Positions 48,827 through 58,064 of a DNA stretch of 64,000 bases are shown here, in pieces. The stretch spans positions 2,720,001-2,784,000 of the forward strand of contig OY762209.1 of NCBI GenBank assembly GCA_963665295.1, read 5' to 3'. Below the pieces are notes generated by a model. That model saw nothing but the letters and a program-made list of their open reading frames with translations. It was not told the origin of the DNA and searched no databases. Position numbers and translations under genes: made by a program. Every line of letters starts with the position of its first letter. Position 1 is the stretch's first letter. This DNA comes from Syntrophorhabdaceae bacterium. Lineage in GTDB: Bacteria; Desulfobacterota; Syntrophorhabdia; Syntrophorhabdales; Syntrophorhabdaceae.

Positions 48827-48992
48827 TCGTATTCCTCCTCTTTTCCCTACCCCCGGAAGCCTCCATGTATTTCATATGGATGACGCACCGGGTTCTATGC
48901 TTGCAGAAATCGTTGGGATGGGGACATGATGTTTTGTCTATATCCACGTTTTCTTTGTATTTCAGACAGGTAAGGACTCTCTCATCTGTCAC
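48810..48992 (-). CDS. Small Cys/His-rich hypothetical protein
   Basis: C...CPHP..FCKHR..CVIH; GTG lies 6 nt after an extended -10 (TGG-TAGACT). Confidence 0.65.
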   Translation of the reverse strand: MTDERVLTCLKYKENVDIDKTSCPHPNDFCKHRTRCVIHMKYMEASGGREKRRNTIENTR

Positions 48993-49067
48993 TGGAATAG
49001 TCTACCATATATTTGGGGAATATGCACAACCCTATTCGAAGGCCCTGTATCAATCGTAGGAAAGGGG

Positions 49068-49721
49068 TCAGGAGTATTGATCAAGGATGGCCCGGAAGTT
49101 CTTTTCTATGGTCTGTTTTCCCTGGACCATCTCGCCATGACCCGGGATGAGGTATTCGATGTCGAGTTTCGACAGCCTCTCGATACTCTTCACGAGCAAC
49201 TCGGCGTCTCCTCCATAGAGGTCGGTCCTTCCCACGCCCATATAGAAGACCGTATCCCCGGAGATAAGCACCTTCTTTTGTTCCCAGTAAAGGCAAACCG
49301 CTCCAGGCGCGTGGCCCGGGGTAAGAATTACCCTGAAAGTCTTGTCCCCCACATTGATTATGCCTTCTTTAAGAAAAACCGTGAAGAGCTTGGCAGGGGA
49401 TTGGCAACCCATAGCGAGAAACATCTCTTTGTACCCGTCGTTGAGATAGGCGTACTCTTCCTTGCTTATCCCTTTGATGACACTGTCGTCGAACCGGTCA
49501 AGGGCCTCTATGTGGTCCGGGTGGCCGTGTGTACAGAGCACCATCTTCACAGCCTCCACTGTCAATCCATCCCGCGCCATGCCCTGTATCACGTGGTCAA
49601 AGAGATGGGTGTGGCCGGGGTCTATGAGCATGGGGACCTTTCCGTCAATAAAGACGGCATTGCAGTTGTTCTCCTGATAGGAGACCCATGGGTATGCGTA
49701 AAAATCATCAAAAATCTTCAT
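49068..49721 (-). CDS. Metallo-beta-lactamase-fold hydrolase (glyoxalase II-like)
   Basis: THGHPDH, TPGH, SGD, GRTDL.GG and PGHG motifs. Confidence 0.92.
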   Translation of the reverse strand: MKIFDDFYAYPWVSYQENNCNAVFIDGKVPMLIDPGHTHLFDHVIQGMARDGLTVEAVKMVLCTHGHPDHIEALDRFDDSVIKGISKEEYAYLNDGYKEMFLAMGCQSPAKLFTVFLKEGIINVGDKTFRVILTPGHAPGAVCLYWEQKKVLISGDTVFYMGVGRTDLYGGDAELLVKSIERLSKLDIEYLIPGHGEMVQGKQTIEKNFRAILDQYS

Positions 49722-50722
49722 CGTGATTCCTTCTCCTGGATCCTGAATGCCTCATAGTCCATCTCGATCCGATTCACCGTATATGTTTGCGGTACGCCCG
49801 CATCGGCCCGGACCGAAATGGCGGGAGACGTGTTCTTTGCGTAAAAACCGATGATATTGGCGGTCAACCCTATGATCTCGTCATTGAGGGCGCCCTTGAG
49901 CACAGCCTGGGGACCTTTGAAATCCACGGGGGAAAAGAATACATAGGGCGGGGCGCACATGGACTGGAGTCTCTCGTTTTCGTCTTGGTTTCTCCCCACG
50001 ATCAGTTTAGTATCTTCCCTCAACCTGAAGTGCCTGCCGACGCTCAGAAAATCGATGTCCTTCAGAGTGAAGTCTTTGTCTTTCGAAAAGAGCTCCCGGA
50101 GCTTCACGGAGAATATGGGGTCGGTAAGAAGGCACCCTCCTCCCGGCTTGCTGAATTCCTTGAAGTTGTATTTTTTTGCAAGGGTATATTGTGCGGTGCG
50201 AGACCTTCCCGTTATATCGAGAAGGTCCTTCCTGTCGAGGATGCCCTCGATCTCGGGGACCGTGGCGGCGAAGCACCGCCCGGATAGGGGTCTCACGATA
50301 AGACCCTCGAGGCCGCTTTCCTGCTCTATCTGCCTTATAGTCTCCCTTCGCTGGGACATGGGCCTCTGGCCCAGGACTTCTCCTGTCACCACGAAAGAGT
50401 TCCCGGTTTCCGCCATGACGCGGGCGATTATCTTCAACATGTAGATCCTGCAGTCAATGCAGGGATTCATGTTCTTCCCATAGCCGTGCCGGGGGTTCCT
50501 GAGCACGTCGAGATAGTCCTCTTCCTTGTGGCGGATGATGAGTTCTATGCCGAGTTCGGAGGCGGTCTTTATGGCCATAGCCCCCTTTTCCTTATCTCTG
50601 CGGCTCGAAAAGGGCGAGGTAAAATGAAACCCCGTCACCTCTATGCCCTGGTCCATAATGAGCTTCGTGGCGAGTATGCTGTCGAGTCCCCCCGATATGA
50701 GGGATATTGCCTTCTTTTCCAT
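49718..50722 (-). CDS. PP-loop tRNA thiouridylase-like protein (ThiI/MnmA-related, probable Fe-S)
   Basis: SGGLDS, NPCIDCR, TGEVLGQRPMSQ, GGCLLTD and GRHFR motifs. Confidence 0.85.
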   Translation of the reverse strand: MEKKAISLISGGLDSILATKLIMDQGIEVTGFHFTSPFSSRRDKEKGAMAIKTASELGIELIIRHKEEDYLDVLRNPRHGYGKNMNPCIDCRIYMLKIIARVMAETGNSFVVTGEVLGQRPMSQRRETIRQIEQESGLEGLIVRPLSGRCFAATVPEIEGILDRKDLLDITGRSRTAQYTLAKKYNFKEFSKPGGGCLLTDPIFSVKLRELFSKDKDFTLKDIDFLSVGRHFRLREDTKLIVGRNQDENERLQSMCAPPYVFFSPVDFKGPQAVLKGALNDEIIGLTANIIGFYAKNTSPAISVRADAGVPQTYTVNRIEMDYEAFRIQEKESR

Positions 50723-50763
50723 GATATCCTTATGTTTCGAGACGCCCCGGAGTACCGTCCCGT

Positions 50764-51972
50764 CTATATTGTCCCGGGGGTCCTTTCATCAAGGGTATTC
50801 ATCTTGATCCCCGCATCCACGCCGGGCAGGTTTACAACGGGGCTGGTAAGGAGGAATTTTCCCTCTGCCACCCAGCCTTTCAGTATGGTCGCAATCTCCA
50901 CCGCCTTCGGGTAGCTTGAAATAGGAAATGAAGGTATCTCTTTTCCGTTGAAGGTTATCCTGCCGGTCTTCAGTTCGGCGTAGCTCACTTCGCCCAGGCT
51001 GACGGGTTCCCTTTCAGGGTAATCGGATCCGTAGTCGACGACCTGTGCAAAGTAGTCCTCGTCACCCCTGGACGTGAGGTATGCCATCTCTTCATCGAGG
51101 ACAGGTATGGGGATGCCGATGCCCACGAACATGGTAGCCCCGTAGCCCATAAAGCTGGCGCCCCTGAGAAAATTGCTGTTCATCTGTTTCGCGTCGCCGA
51201 TGGTCGCGAGCGTTCCCGCTCCTGCCCTGGGAATACCGTCAGGGCTCCTTTTTACGTCGGGGTTATGCTGGGTTCCGTGCCACGCGACGTAACCGATGCC
51301 GCCCCCGAGGAATATCCTTGTTCCGATGCCTATAGTACGGTACAGGGGGTCGTTGAGGAGCGGGGAGAGTTGGCCGGCGCTCGAATAGTTAGCGCTTCCC
51401 ATGTTCGGCTTCAACACGCCCATGTAGGTATGGATAACCCTGCCCGACAGGTTGACGGCAACGTTGTAGTTCTGATAATCGTTTCGAGGGTTGTAGAGAT
51501 ATGCCTCGTTGACATTGTTCTTGTTTATGTAGGTATCGATCTTCTTCCGCGGGTAACAGTCGGTGCCGTATGCGGAGACGACGAGGTGTATGTCCTTGCC
51601 GTCGACGAATTCCTCTATTACGTGCCCGCCGCCGTACTTGAAAGCGCCGGGGTACACGGTATTTCGGGGATCGTCATCGGGTGTGGCGGTGGCCCCCATG
51701 TAGATGTCGACCGCGGCGAGGCCGCAATATGCGGGAACATCGTTCAGGTAGCATCTTCCTCCGCCGACCTTGATCCTCGGCTTGGAATGGCCCAGATTGA
51801 CGAACATCCCGCTCGAGCACATGGGGCCGAAGGTGCCCGTGGTTACCACATCCACCTCTTCCGAGGCCTTCTTCACGCCTTTTTCCCTGGCGATCCCGAT
51901 CATCTCCTCAGCGGTAACGACGACTACCTTGCCGGTTCTTATCTTTTCGTTTATTTCTTCAATAGTTTTCAA
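50764..51972 (-). CDS. Homocysteine biosynthesis sulfur-incorporation enzyme (DUF39, aspartate semialdehyde sulfurtransferase-like), no CBS domains
   Basis: KTIEEINEKI, VDVVTTGTFGPMCSSG, YGGGHVIE, GTDCYP and NPRNDYQNY motifs; GAGGAGG RBS before TTG 51972. Confidence 0.88.
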   Translation of the reverse strand: MKTIEEINEKIRTGKVVVVTAEEMIGIAREKGVKKASEEVDVVTTGTFGPMCSSGMFVNLGHSKPRIKVGGGRCYLNDVPAYCGLAAVDIYMGATATPDDDPRNTVYPGAFKYGGGHVIEEFVDGKDIHLVVSAYGTDCYPRKKIDTYINKNNVNEAYLYNPRNDYQNYNVAVNLSGRVIHTYMGVLKPNMGSANYSSAGQLSPLLNDPLYRTIGIGTRIFLGGGIGYVAWHGTQHNPDVKRSPDGIPRAGAGTLATIGDAKQMNSNFLRGASFMGYGATMFVGIGIPIPVLDEEMAYLTSRGDEDYFAQVVDYGSDYPEREPVSLGEVSYAELKTGRITFNGKEIPSFPISSYPKAVEIATILKGWVAEGKFLLTSPVVNLPGVDAGIKMNTLDERTPGTI

Positions 51973-52149
51973 TCTTTCCTCCTCGCCGCCGATGATACGC
52001 TGTAATGGGCGATGTATCGATTTTTGTCCGTTCGGTAAAGGTGCGTCCTCCCCGGTTTCCGGCTTCACGCGCAAGGGAAGCCGCGCGCCGTCATTCCGAC
52101 GCCCATAGTCCGGGCGGAAACGGGTTCTTGAGACCGCTTCGATATTATA
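51973..52149 (-). promoter_or_regulatory. TATAAT promoter plus about 165-nt multi-hairpin 5' leader
   Basis: -10 TATAAT at 52144-52149; several hairpins; a TCGCC/GGCGA pairing abuts the RBS. Confidence 0.5.
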
Positions 52150-52190
52150 CACCAATTCGGGTGTAATTTCGAAAGTTTCTACCGTCATAT

Positions 52191-53572
52191 TCATGAGAAA
52201 TCGGACCCTGCACGCGACCGGGGGAAAGCGAGGGACTTGCTTACGGCCTCGAGGGTTTGGTTTTTCACGTTAACCGGGTAAAAGGCGACCAGGAAGACGC
52301 AGAGGAAACAGGGTATGGAAAAAAAAGGAAGAACTGCTGAAAACTGAGCCCGAGGGTCTGAAAGAGTCCTCCCAAGGCGGGTCCCAACATGGAGCCTATC
52401 CGTCCCGCGGCCTGGGTCGATGCGATCCCGGTGGCCCGCATGCCGGTGGGGTATATTTCGCTGCATACTACGTTCAGGGCTGTGGGGGTCCCCACTACAA
52501 GGACCCCGGTGGCGGCCCCCGCGACATAGAGACAGAGGTTCGAAGTAACGGAACCGAAGAAGATAAGGGAGAGTCCGCCAAGAAGATAGGCGAGTATAAG
52601 GCCGTGCTTTCGCCCGACGCGGTCCATCAGGCAGCCCAGGAGTACCCCGCCCATTGCCGACCCCCCGGCCTGAACCATGGCAAAGGAGTAGCTCTTCGCC
52701 AGCGAGAAGCCCCTTTCCACCAGCAGGGACGGGAGCCAGGAGGAAAGGCCGTAGAGGGCCATGGTGTTAAGGAGGTAGGTGGCGCAGACGAGAATTGCCA
52801 TGACCACCGGGCCTCCCCGGAACAGCGGTACCGGGCCTCCCTGTGGCTCCTCCGGAAGGACGAGGTTGTCCTGCGACCACGGGAGAGCCGGGAGGTTCGC
52901 GAACTTCTCGATCTTTCCCGCTTGTTCGAGGGCTTCCCCGCTGAATCCTTTGCCCACGAGGAACCGGATCGATTCGGGAAGGTAGATGCGGAGCACGGGA
53001 ATCAGAAGGAGCGGAAGGAGGCCGAACTGGAAGACCGGGCGCCAGCCGTACTTCGGGATGAGGATCATGGAAAGGGAGGCGGCCACCACCCACCCGAAGG
53101 TAAACCCGCTGACTGCAGCGGTTACGAGACGTGCGCGGACAGACGAGGGAGAAAATTCCGAGAGGAGGGCCACGGTAAGAGGAAAGGCGCCGCCTATGCC
53201 GAGACCGGTAAGGAACCGGAGAACAGCAAGGAACCGGTAATCCGGCGCAAGGGACGCACATCCGCTGAGAAGGGAAAAGAGCGCGATGGCCGCCATGAGG
53301 GCCTTTCTTCTCCCTATGCGGTCCCCGAGAACGCCGAACCCGAGGGCCCCCATCATGAGGCCCAGGAATCCGCAGGACATCAGCGTTCCGCACTGGAGCG
53401 GTGTGAGCGCCCATTCTTTCAGAATAACCGGAACGGCATAGGCGAGGATCTGGAGGTTGTAACCGGCGGCAGCGAGGACGAGGCAACTCGTAACCAGCAT
53501 AAAGGCGTGAAATCTGTTGAAGGGAAGCCCGTCCAGCCACGGGAAGATCATTGTTTTTCTGTCGTTCTTCAT
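52191..53572 (-). pseudogene. MFS transporter (aromatic acid:H+ symporter-like) with a frameshift in a T8 run near the 3' end
   Basis: GDRIGRR, RFLTGLGIGG, SEFSP..R, MDRVGRK and EIYPT.MRATG motifs. The last TM and tail (SIPCFLCVFLVAFYPVNVKNQTLE) lie in another frame after 52319-52326. Confidence 0.75.
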
Positions 53573-53662
53573 AGTATACCCCCTTTTTGGGCGACAATGG
53601 CTGCGTACCAATGCGTGGAGCGCCATTGAGCCGTTACAGACCGGTGACCGGGGAGTACCTGT

Positions 53663-53699
53663 AAAAAAAGCCATCCTCGGGAAGGTCGGGATGGCTTTT
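53663..53699 (-). terminator. Rho-independent terminator (possibly bidirectional)
   Basis: AAAAGCCATCC...GGATGGCTTTT stem with T7 on the minus strand. Confidence 0.8.
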
Positions 53700-53734
53700 G
53701 CCTTGCATAACCTTTGTGTGTCTGCTGTTGAGGC

Positions 53735-54343
53735 TTAAGTTACCTCTTTTTGCCCGCCCGAGTCAAGATGTACGGCACGACTGTGAACCGAGCCGTCCCA
53801 TATCTCCTGGGGGAGTATGACGCTTTTCGTGCCGGGTATGCGGCCTACGCCGACGCCGGTATTGAGATCGATCCCCTGCCTGAAATAGGCCTTGTAGGCC
53901 AGTTGACTGCAATAGAAGGCTCTTTCCGTGGACGAATTGAGGAAGTTGATATTATATGGTTTTTCAAGCACCGCCTGTTCGAGGCAGTACCGGGCCACCT
54001 CTTCCCGTATGAGGTCCTGGCTGCTCCGGCTCAGACCCTTCCCTTCCAGGGGATAGGCGACGCCGTGCAGGGTATCGACGAACATCCCCCTCTGGTCCAT
54101 CATACTCCGCGCATCCCATGTGTCGCCGGTTATGTCAAAGGTGATCACCTTGCCTTTGGCGCCGGCCTCCACTGAGCGGCCTCCCGGACCCACATAGATG
54201 GCGATATGGTCTACATCGCCCGGTATGAACTTGCCTATGAGCCTCCAGAAGAGCCCCACAATATCACCGCCTTCTCCGTCGGTGGTACAGATGAGATCAC
54301 CGGTTTGCAGCGTCAGGCCGGATATGTGGTGCTCGTACACCAT
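53735..54343 (-). CDS. YiiX/YebB-like permuted papain-like (NlpC/P60) hydrolase
   Basis: LQTGDLI, DHIAIYVG (His first), KPYN, FYCSQL.YKAY (Cys later) and ILPQEI. Confidence 0.85.
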   Translation of the reverse strand: MVYEHHISGLTLQTGDLICTTDGEGGDIVGLFWRLIGKFIPGDVDHIAIYVGPGGRSVEAGAKGKVITFDITGDTWDARSMMDQRGMFVDTLHGVAYPLEGKGLSRSSQDLIREEVARYCLEQAVLEKPYNINFLNSSTERAFYCSQLAYKAYFRQGIDLNTGVGVGRIPGTKSVILPQEIWDGSVHSRAVHLDSGGQKEVT

Positions 54344-54350
54344 GGGCTAG

Positions 54351-55115
54351 TTACGCGATGAGCTTTACGATGTCCCTGTAGGAGACGACCACGGTGAGAA
54401 GGACGAAGAGGGCCAGACCGGCGATGGTAGCCGCCTGATATGTTTTCGGGCTGAAGGGTTTCCTTCTTATGGATTCCATGGCAAGCATGAGCAACTGGCC
54501 GCCGTCCAGGGCGGGAAAAGGGATGAGGTTCATGATGCCGAGGCTCAGGCTGAGGGCCGCGGTAAAATAGGAGAGGTTCACGAGGCCCTTGCTCGCCGCC
54601 TTCCCTGCCATGGCTGCGATGCCCACAGGTCCCGACAACCCTTCCATGACGCCGCTTCCGGAGAAGAGGTTCACGAGAAACATGACAGTCCCCGAGACCG
54701 CGGACCATGTGGTCTTTGCGCTCAGTGCCGCCGCGTCGAGAAAATGAAGGTGTTTGCCGATCATGAATACGGGTACGAATAGAAGGAGGGCAAAGAAGAT
54801 ATTGGCGAGAGAGCCTGCGGCCATGATGAGAGCCCTTCTCATACGGGGCGCCTCAAGCAGAGCCTTTGCCTCTTCAGTGGTCCCGTCTTTTGAAAAACTT
54901 ACAAATCCGCCGAGAGGAAGGAGCCTCAGGGTGAACTCCGTTTCCTTGTGATGAAAAAAGGTGAATATCTTCGGGCTGAAAGGAAAGCCTATGGAGAATT
55001 CATACACCTTGATCCCCGATTTTCTCGCGGCGAGAAAATGCCCGAATTCATGAACAAGGACTACGAGGGTAAATACGGCGATAAAGGAGACAAGTGAAAC
55101 CACCATCTGCATCAT
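54351..55115 (-). CDS. Site-2 (M50) intramembrane metalloprotease, RseP paralog lacking PDZ
   Basis: HEFGH, FSIGF, PLGGFV, AGSLAN, GPVGI and NLIPFPALDGG; no PDZ insert. Confidence 0.9.
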   Translation of the reverse strand: MMQMVVSLVSFIAVFTLVVLVHEFGHFLAARKSGIKVYEFSIGFPFSPKIFTFFHHKETEFTLRLLPLGGFVSFSKDGTTEEAKALLEAPRMRRALIMAAGSLANIFFALLLFVPVFMIGKHLHFLDAAALSAKTTWSAVSGTVMFLVNLFSGSGVMEGLSGPVGIAAMAGKAASKGLVNLSYFTAALSLSLGIMNLIPFPALDGGQLLMLAMESIRRKPFSPKTYQAATIAGLALFVLLTVVVSYRDIVKLIA

Positions 55116-55158
55116 ACATCGTCCTCCGATAGGTGAGACTTTTTGTTGCGGTCCCTCA

Positions 55159-55842
55159 TCAGGTGACCGTTACGTTGAACCTGATCTCCGCTTCCGAGAG
55201 GCGGCCGTAAATGGGTTGGGTGGCAGTGGCATCCCCTGTCCGCCTCAACGCCTCTTTTATGAGTTCTTCGCATGAAACCCTGAAGAACGCGTCTTTCACG
55301 ATGGTAATGCCGCCGACTCCTGAAAGGAACTCCTCGCAGAGGCGGGCGCCGGTGCCGAAGCAGAGGCAGGGAGTCAAGACTCCCTCTGCGATATCCTTAG
55401 GTTTTACCGCCCGGTAGTTCGTGAGCCGTTCCATGCTTCCCCCGGAAGCCCGGTAAAGAGCCGAAAATACCTCACCCTTCTTGGCATCGACAAGAGGAAA
55501 GATGAAGTGATCCTCCATGAACGAGAAGGGGGCTGCGAGCACGTCGAGGGTGGATATGCCGAGGAGAGGGATGTTGCGGCCCGCGCTCACGCCCTTCGCA
55601 AAGGCGAGGGCCACTCTCATGCCCGTAAAGGACCCGGGTCCCAGGGTGACGGCGACGAGGGAAAGGTCGTCCACCGTAAGTCCATGGCCCGCGAGCATCT
55701 GGTTGACGTGTCCCGGAAGGATCTGGGACGGGGGCAGCGTGTTCTTTATGCGCCGCTCTTCGATCAGCCTTTCTTCGAGGGAGAGGGCGATATTCAGGAA
55801 ATCTATTGAATTGTCGATTCCGAGGACGAGCCTACTTTCCAC
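55159..55842 (-). CDS. tsaB: tRNA t6A biosynthesis protein TsaB
   Basis: VLGIDNS, GPGSFTGMRV, DAKKGEVF and PIYGR motifs. Confidence 0.9.
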   Translation of the reverse strand: MESRLVLGIDNSIDFLNIALSLEERLIEERRIKNTLPPSQILPGHVNQMLAGHGLTVDDLSLVAVTLGPGSFTGMRVALAFAKGVSAGRNIPLLGISTLDVLAAPFSFMEDHFIFPLVDAKKGEVFSALYRASGGSMERLTNYRAVKPKDIAEGVLTPCLCFGTGARLCEEFLSGVGGITIVKDAFFRVSCEELIKEALRRTGDATATQPIYGRLSEAEIRFNVTVT

Positions 55843-56914
55843 CAAAGAACCTCGAAAAACTGAAAATCCTGTCAAGGTCGTTATAAAAGGCGAAGACCAT
55901 GATGAGAATGAGGATGGAAAGACCCACCTTCTGCGCTATGTCGATAACCTTGGTGGAGAGCTTCCTCCTGGTCACAAGCTCGATAAGGTGGATGAATATA
56001 TGTCCGCCGTCGAGGATAGGTATGGGCAGGAGGTTCACCACGCCCAGGTTTATACTTATTATCCCGATGAAATAGATGAGGTTGTTCGTCCCTTCTTTCG
56101 CCTGTTTTCCCGCTGCCTGCAAGATGAGTATGGGGCCCCCGATATTCTTGGGCGAAATGCTCCCCTGTACAAGCTTTACGATCCCGATGAGGGTGACCTT
56201 GGAGAGGTTGTAAGTCTGGTAAAACGCCTTGGACGCGGCCCCGGTGACGGTTTCCTTTTTCATCACGAGCTCGCTTGACGCGCCCACCCCGATGATCCTC
56301 CGTTTTATGGTTTCGCCGAAGATATTCTTGCTTTCCATTTCCTTGGGCTTGATCGTGACGTCGAAGAGCCGGCCATCCCTCTTGACACTGAACTTGAGGG
56401 GGCCTTCCCCGACGTTCGCCATGGCATCCATGAGGTCGCTGAATTCCTGGAGGGGTTTTCCTTCGACGGCCACGATGACGTCTCCCGGCTGGATGCCGGC
56501 CGCGTACGCGGGAAGCCCCTTTTCCACGGTTCCCACCTTGGTGGAAAGTACCGAATACCCGCTCATGAATACGAGGTAGAAGAGCAGGAAGGCAAAGATA
56601 ATATTGAAGAGAGGGCCCGTGAAGGCAATGAGTATCTTGACCCAGGGAGGCTTGTGGGCGTATGATCGCGGGATGTCCTCCTCCGCGATCTCATCTTCCG
56701 TGGACTCGCCGAGGAGCTTCACATATCCGCCGAGGGGCACGAGTGAAAGGGCGTATTCCGTCTCGCCCTTCTTGAAAGTGAAAAGTTTTTTTCCAAAGCC
56801 GAGGGAAAAGGCGAGGACCTTCACGTTCGCGAGGCGGGCCACGATAAAATGTCCCAGTTCGTGTACCAGTATGAGCAGACTTAAAGCTATGATGCCGTAA
56901 ATTACATTAACCAT
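55832..56914 (-). CDS. rseP: RIP metalloprotease RseP
   Basis: HELGH, one PDZ domain, NLLPIPILDGG; conserved position after dxr. Confidence 0.95.
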   Translation of the reverse strand: MVNVIYGIIALSLLILVHELGHFIVARLANVKVLAFSLGFGKKLFTFKKGETEYALSLVPLGGYVKLLGESTEDEIAEEDIPRSYAHKPPWVKILIAFTGPLFNIIFAFLLFYLVFMSGYSVLSTKVGTVEKGLPAYAAGIQPGDVIVAVEGKPLQEFSDLMDAMANVGEGPLKFSVKRDGRLFDVTIKPKEMESKNIFGETIKRRIIGVGASSELVMKKETVTGAASKAFYQTYNLSKVTLIGIVKLVQGSISPKNIGGPILILQAAGKQAKEGTNNLIYFIGIISINLGVVNLLPIPILDGGHIFIHLIELVTRRKLSTKVIDIAQKVGLSILILIMVFAFYNDLDRIFSFSRFFGGK

Positions 56915-58064
56915 AAAGCTCCCTTATTTTCCTTTCAGTGTAATCTTTTGCCCATTCGTGAATTTCCCATATTGTTTCAACCGTGTCAATAACGGGAACG
57001 ACGGGGTGGTGATTGAGGGCCTCTTCGATGACGACCGGAATGTCCGTGAAGTCTATCTTGCCGTCCATGAATGCCGACGCCGCAATTTCATTGGCGCTGT
57101 TTATCGCGATGAGGGCACTGTCGCCCGATTCGAGGGCTTCGTAAGCAAGCCGCAATGAAGGGAACCGGTCAAGGTCCGGGGGATGGAAGGTAAGGCTGAA
57201 AGATTCCGCCAGGGTCATTTTGCCGAAGGGAAGGGGACACCTTTCCTCTTCGTTCAGGGCAAAAGAAATGGGTATTCTCATGTCGGGATAGGACATATAG
57301 GACATGAACCCGTTGTCTATGAATTCGACGATGCCGTGGATTATGCTCTCGGGATGGACAACGACGTTGATCCGGTCCCCGCCGATGTCGAAGAGCCACC
57401 GCGCTTCGATGACCTCGAGGCCCTTATTCATCAGGGTTGCCGAGTCCAGGGTGATCTTGTTTCCCATCTTCCACGTGGGATGGTTGAGCGCTTCCTCGGG
57501 TTTTACCTTCTTGAGCGCTTCCTTCCCGTGGCTTCGGAAAGGTCCGCCCGAAGCGGTAATGGTGAGGGCCTTCAGCTCTCTGGGAGGGACGGAACCGAGG
57601 AGCTGGTAGAGGGCGGAATGCTCACTGTCAACGGGGATAAGCTTTCCCGAACCTTCTTTGACGAGCCTTTGTACCAGGCGGCCCGCCATGACGAGACTCT
57701 CCTTGTTTGCGAGGGCAAGGACCTTGTCCTTTCTCAGGGCTTCCAGACTTGGTTCGAGCCCCACGCTTCCGGGCAGGGCATTCACCACGATGTCCGCGTC
57801 CATGCCGATCATTTCCTTTATGCCTTCCATACCGTACAGGACCTTCGCCGTGTCGAGACGATCCTGAAGGGCCTTTCCGGGGACGCCGTCATATATGGAA
57901 ACAAAGGAAGGTTTGAATTTTGCTATCTGTTTCTTCAGAAGTCCCAGGTTTTCCCGGCACGCGAGACCCAGGACCTCGAATTTGTCTTTCTGGTGTTCGA
58001 TCACATCCAGGGTTCCTTTGCCGATGGACCCCGTGGAGCCGAGTATAAGGACCTTTTTCTTCAT
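56907..58064 (-). CDS. dxr: 1-deoxy-D-xylulose-5-phosphate reductoisomerase
   Basis: LGSTGSIG, LANKESLV, PVDSEHSA, HPTWKMG and NKGLEVIEA motifs. Confidence 0.97.
   Translation of the reverse strand: MKKKVLILGSTGSIGKGTLDVIEHQKDKFEVLGLACRENLGLLKKQIAKFKPSFVSIYDGVPGKALQDRLDTAKVLYGMEGIKEMIGMDADIVVNALPGSVGLEPSLEALRKDKVLALANKESLVMAGRLVQRLVKEGSGKLIPVDSEHSALYQLLGSVPPRELKALTITASGGPFRSHGKEALKKVKPEEALNHPTWKMGNKITLDSATLMNKGLEVIEARWLFDIGGDRINVVVHPESIIHGIVEFIDNGFMSYMSYPDMRIPISFALNEEERCPLPFGKMTLAESFSLTFHPPDLDRFPSLRLAYEALESGDSALIAINSANEIAASAFMDGKIDFTDIPVVIEEALNHHPVVPVIDTVETIWEIHEWAKDYTERKIRELYG

Noticed and set aside
51973..52194. 74-aa N-terminal extension of the DUF39 ORF
   Set aside because: Family similarity starts at KTIEEINE with a strong RBS, and the extension spans the promoter.
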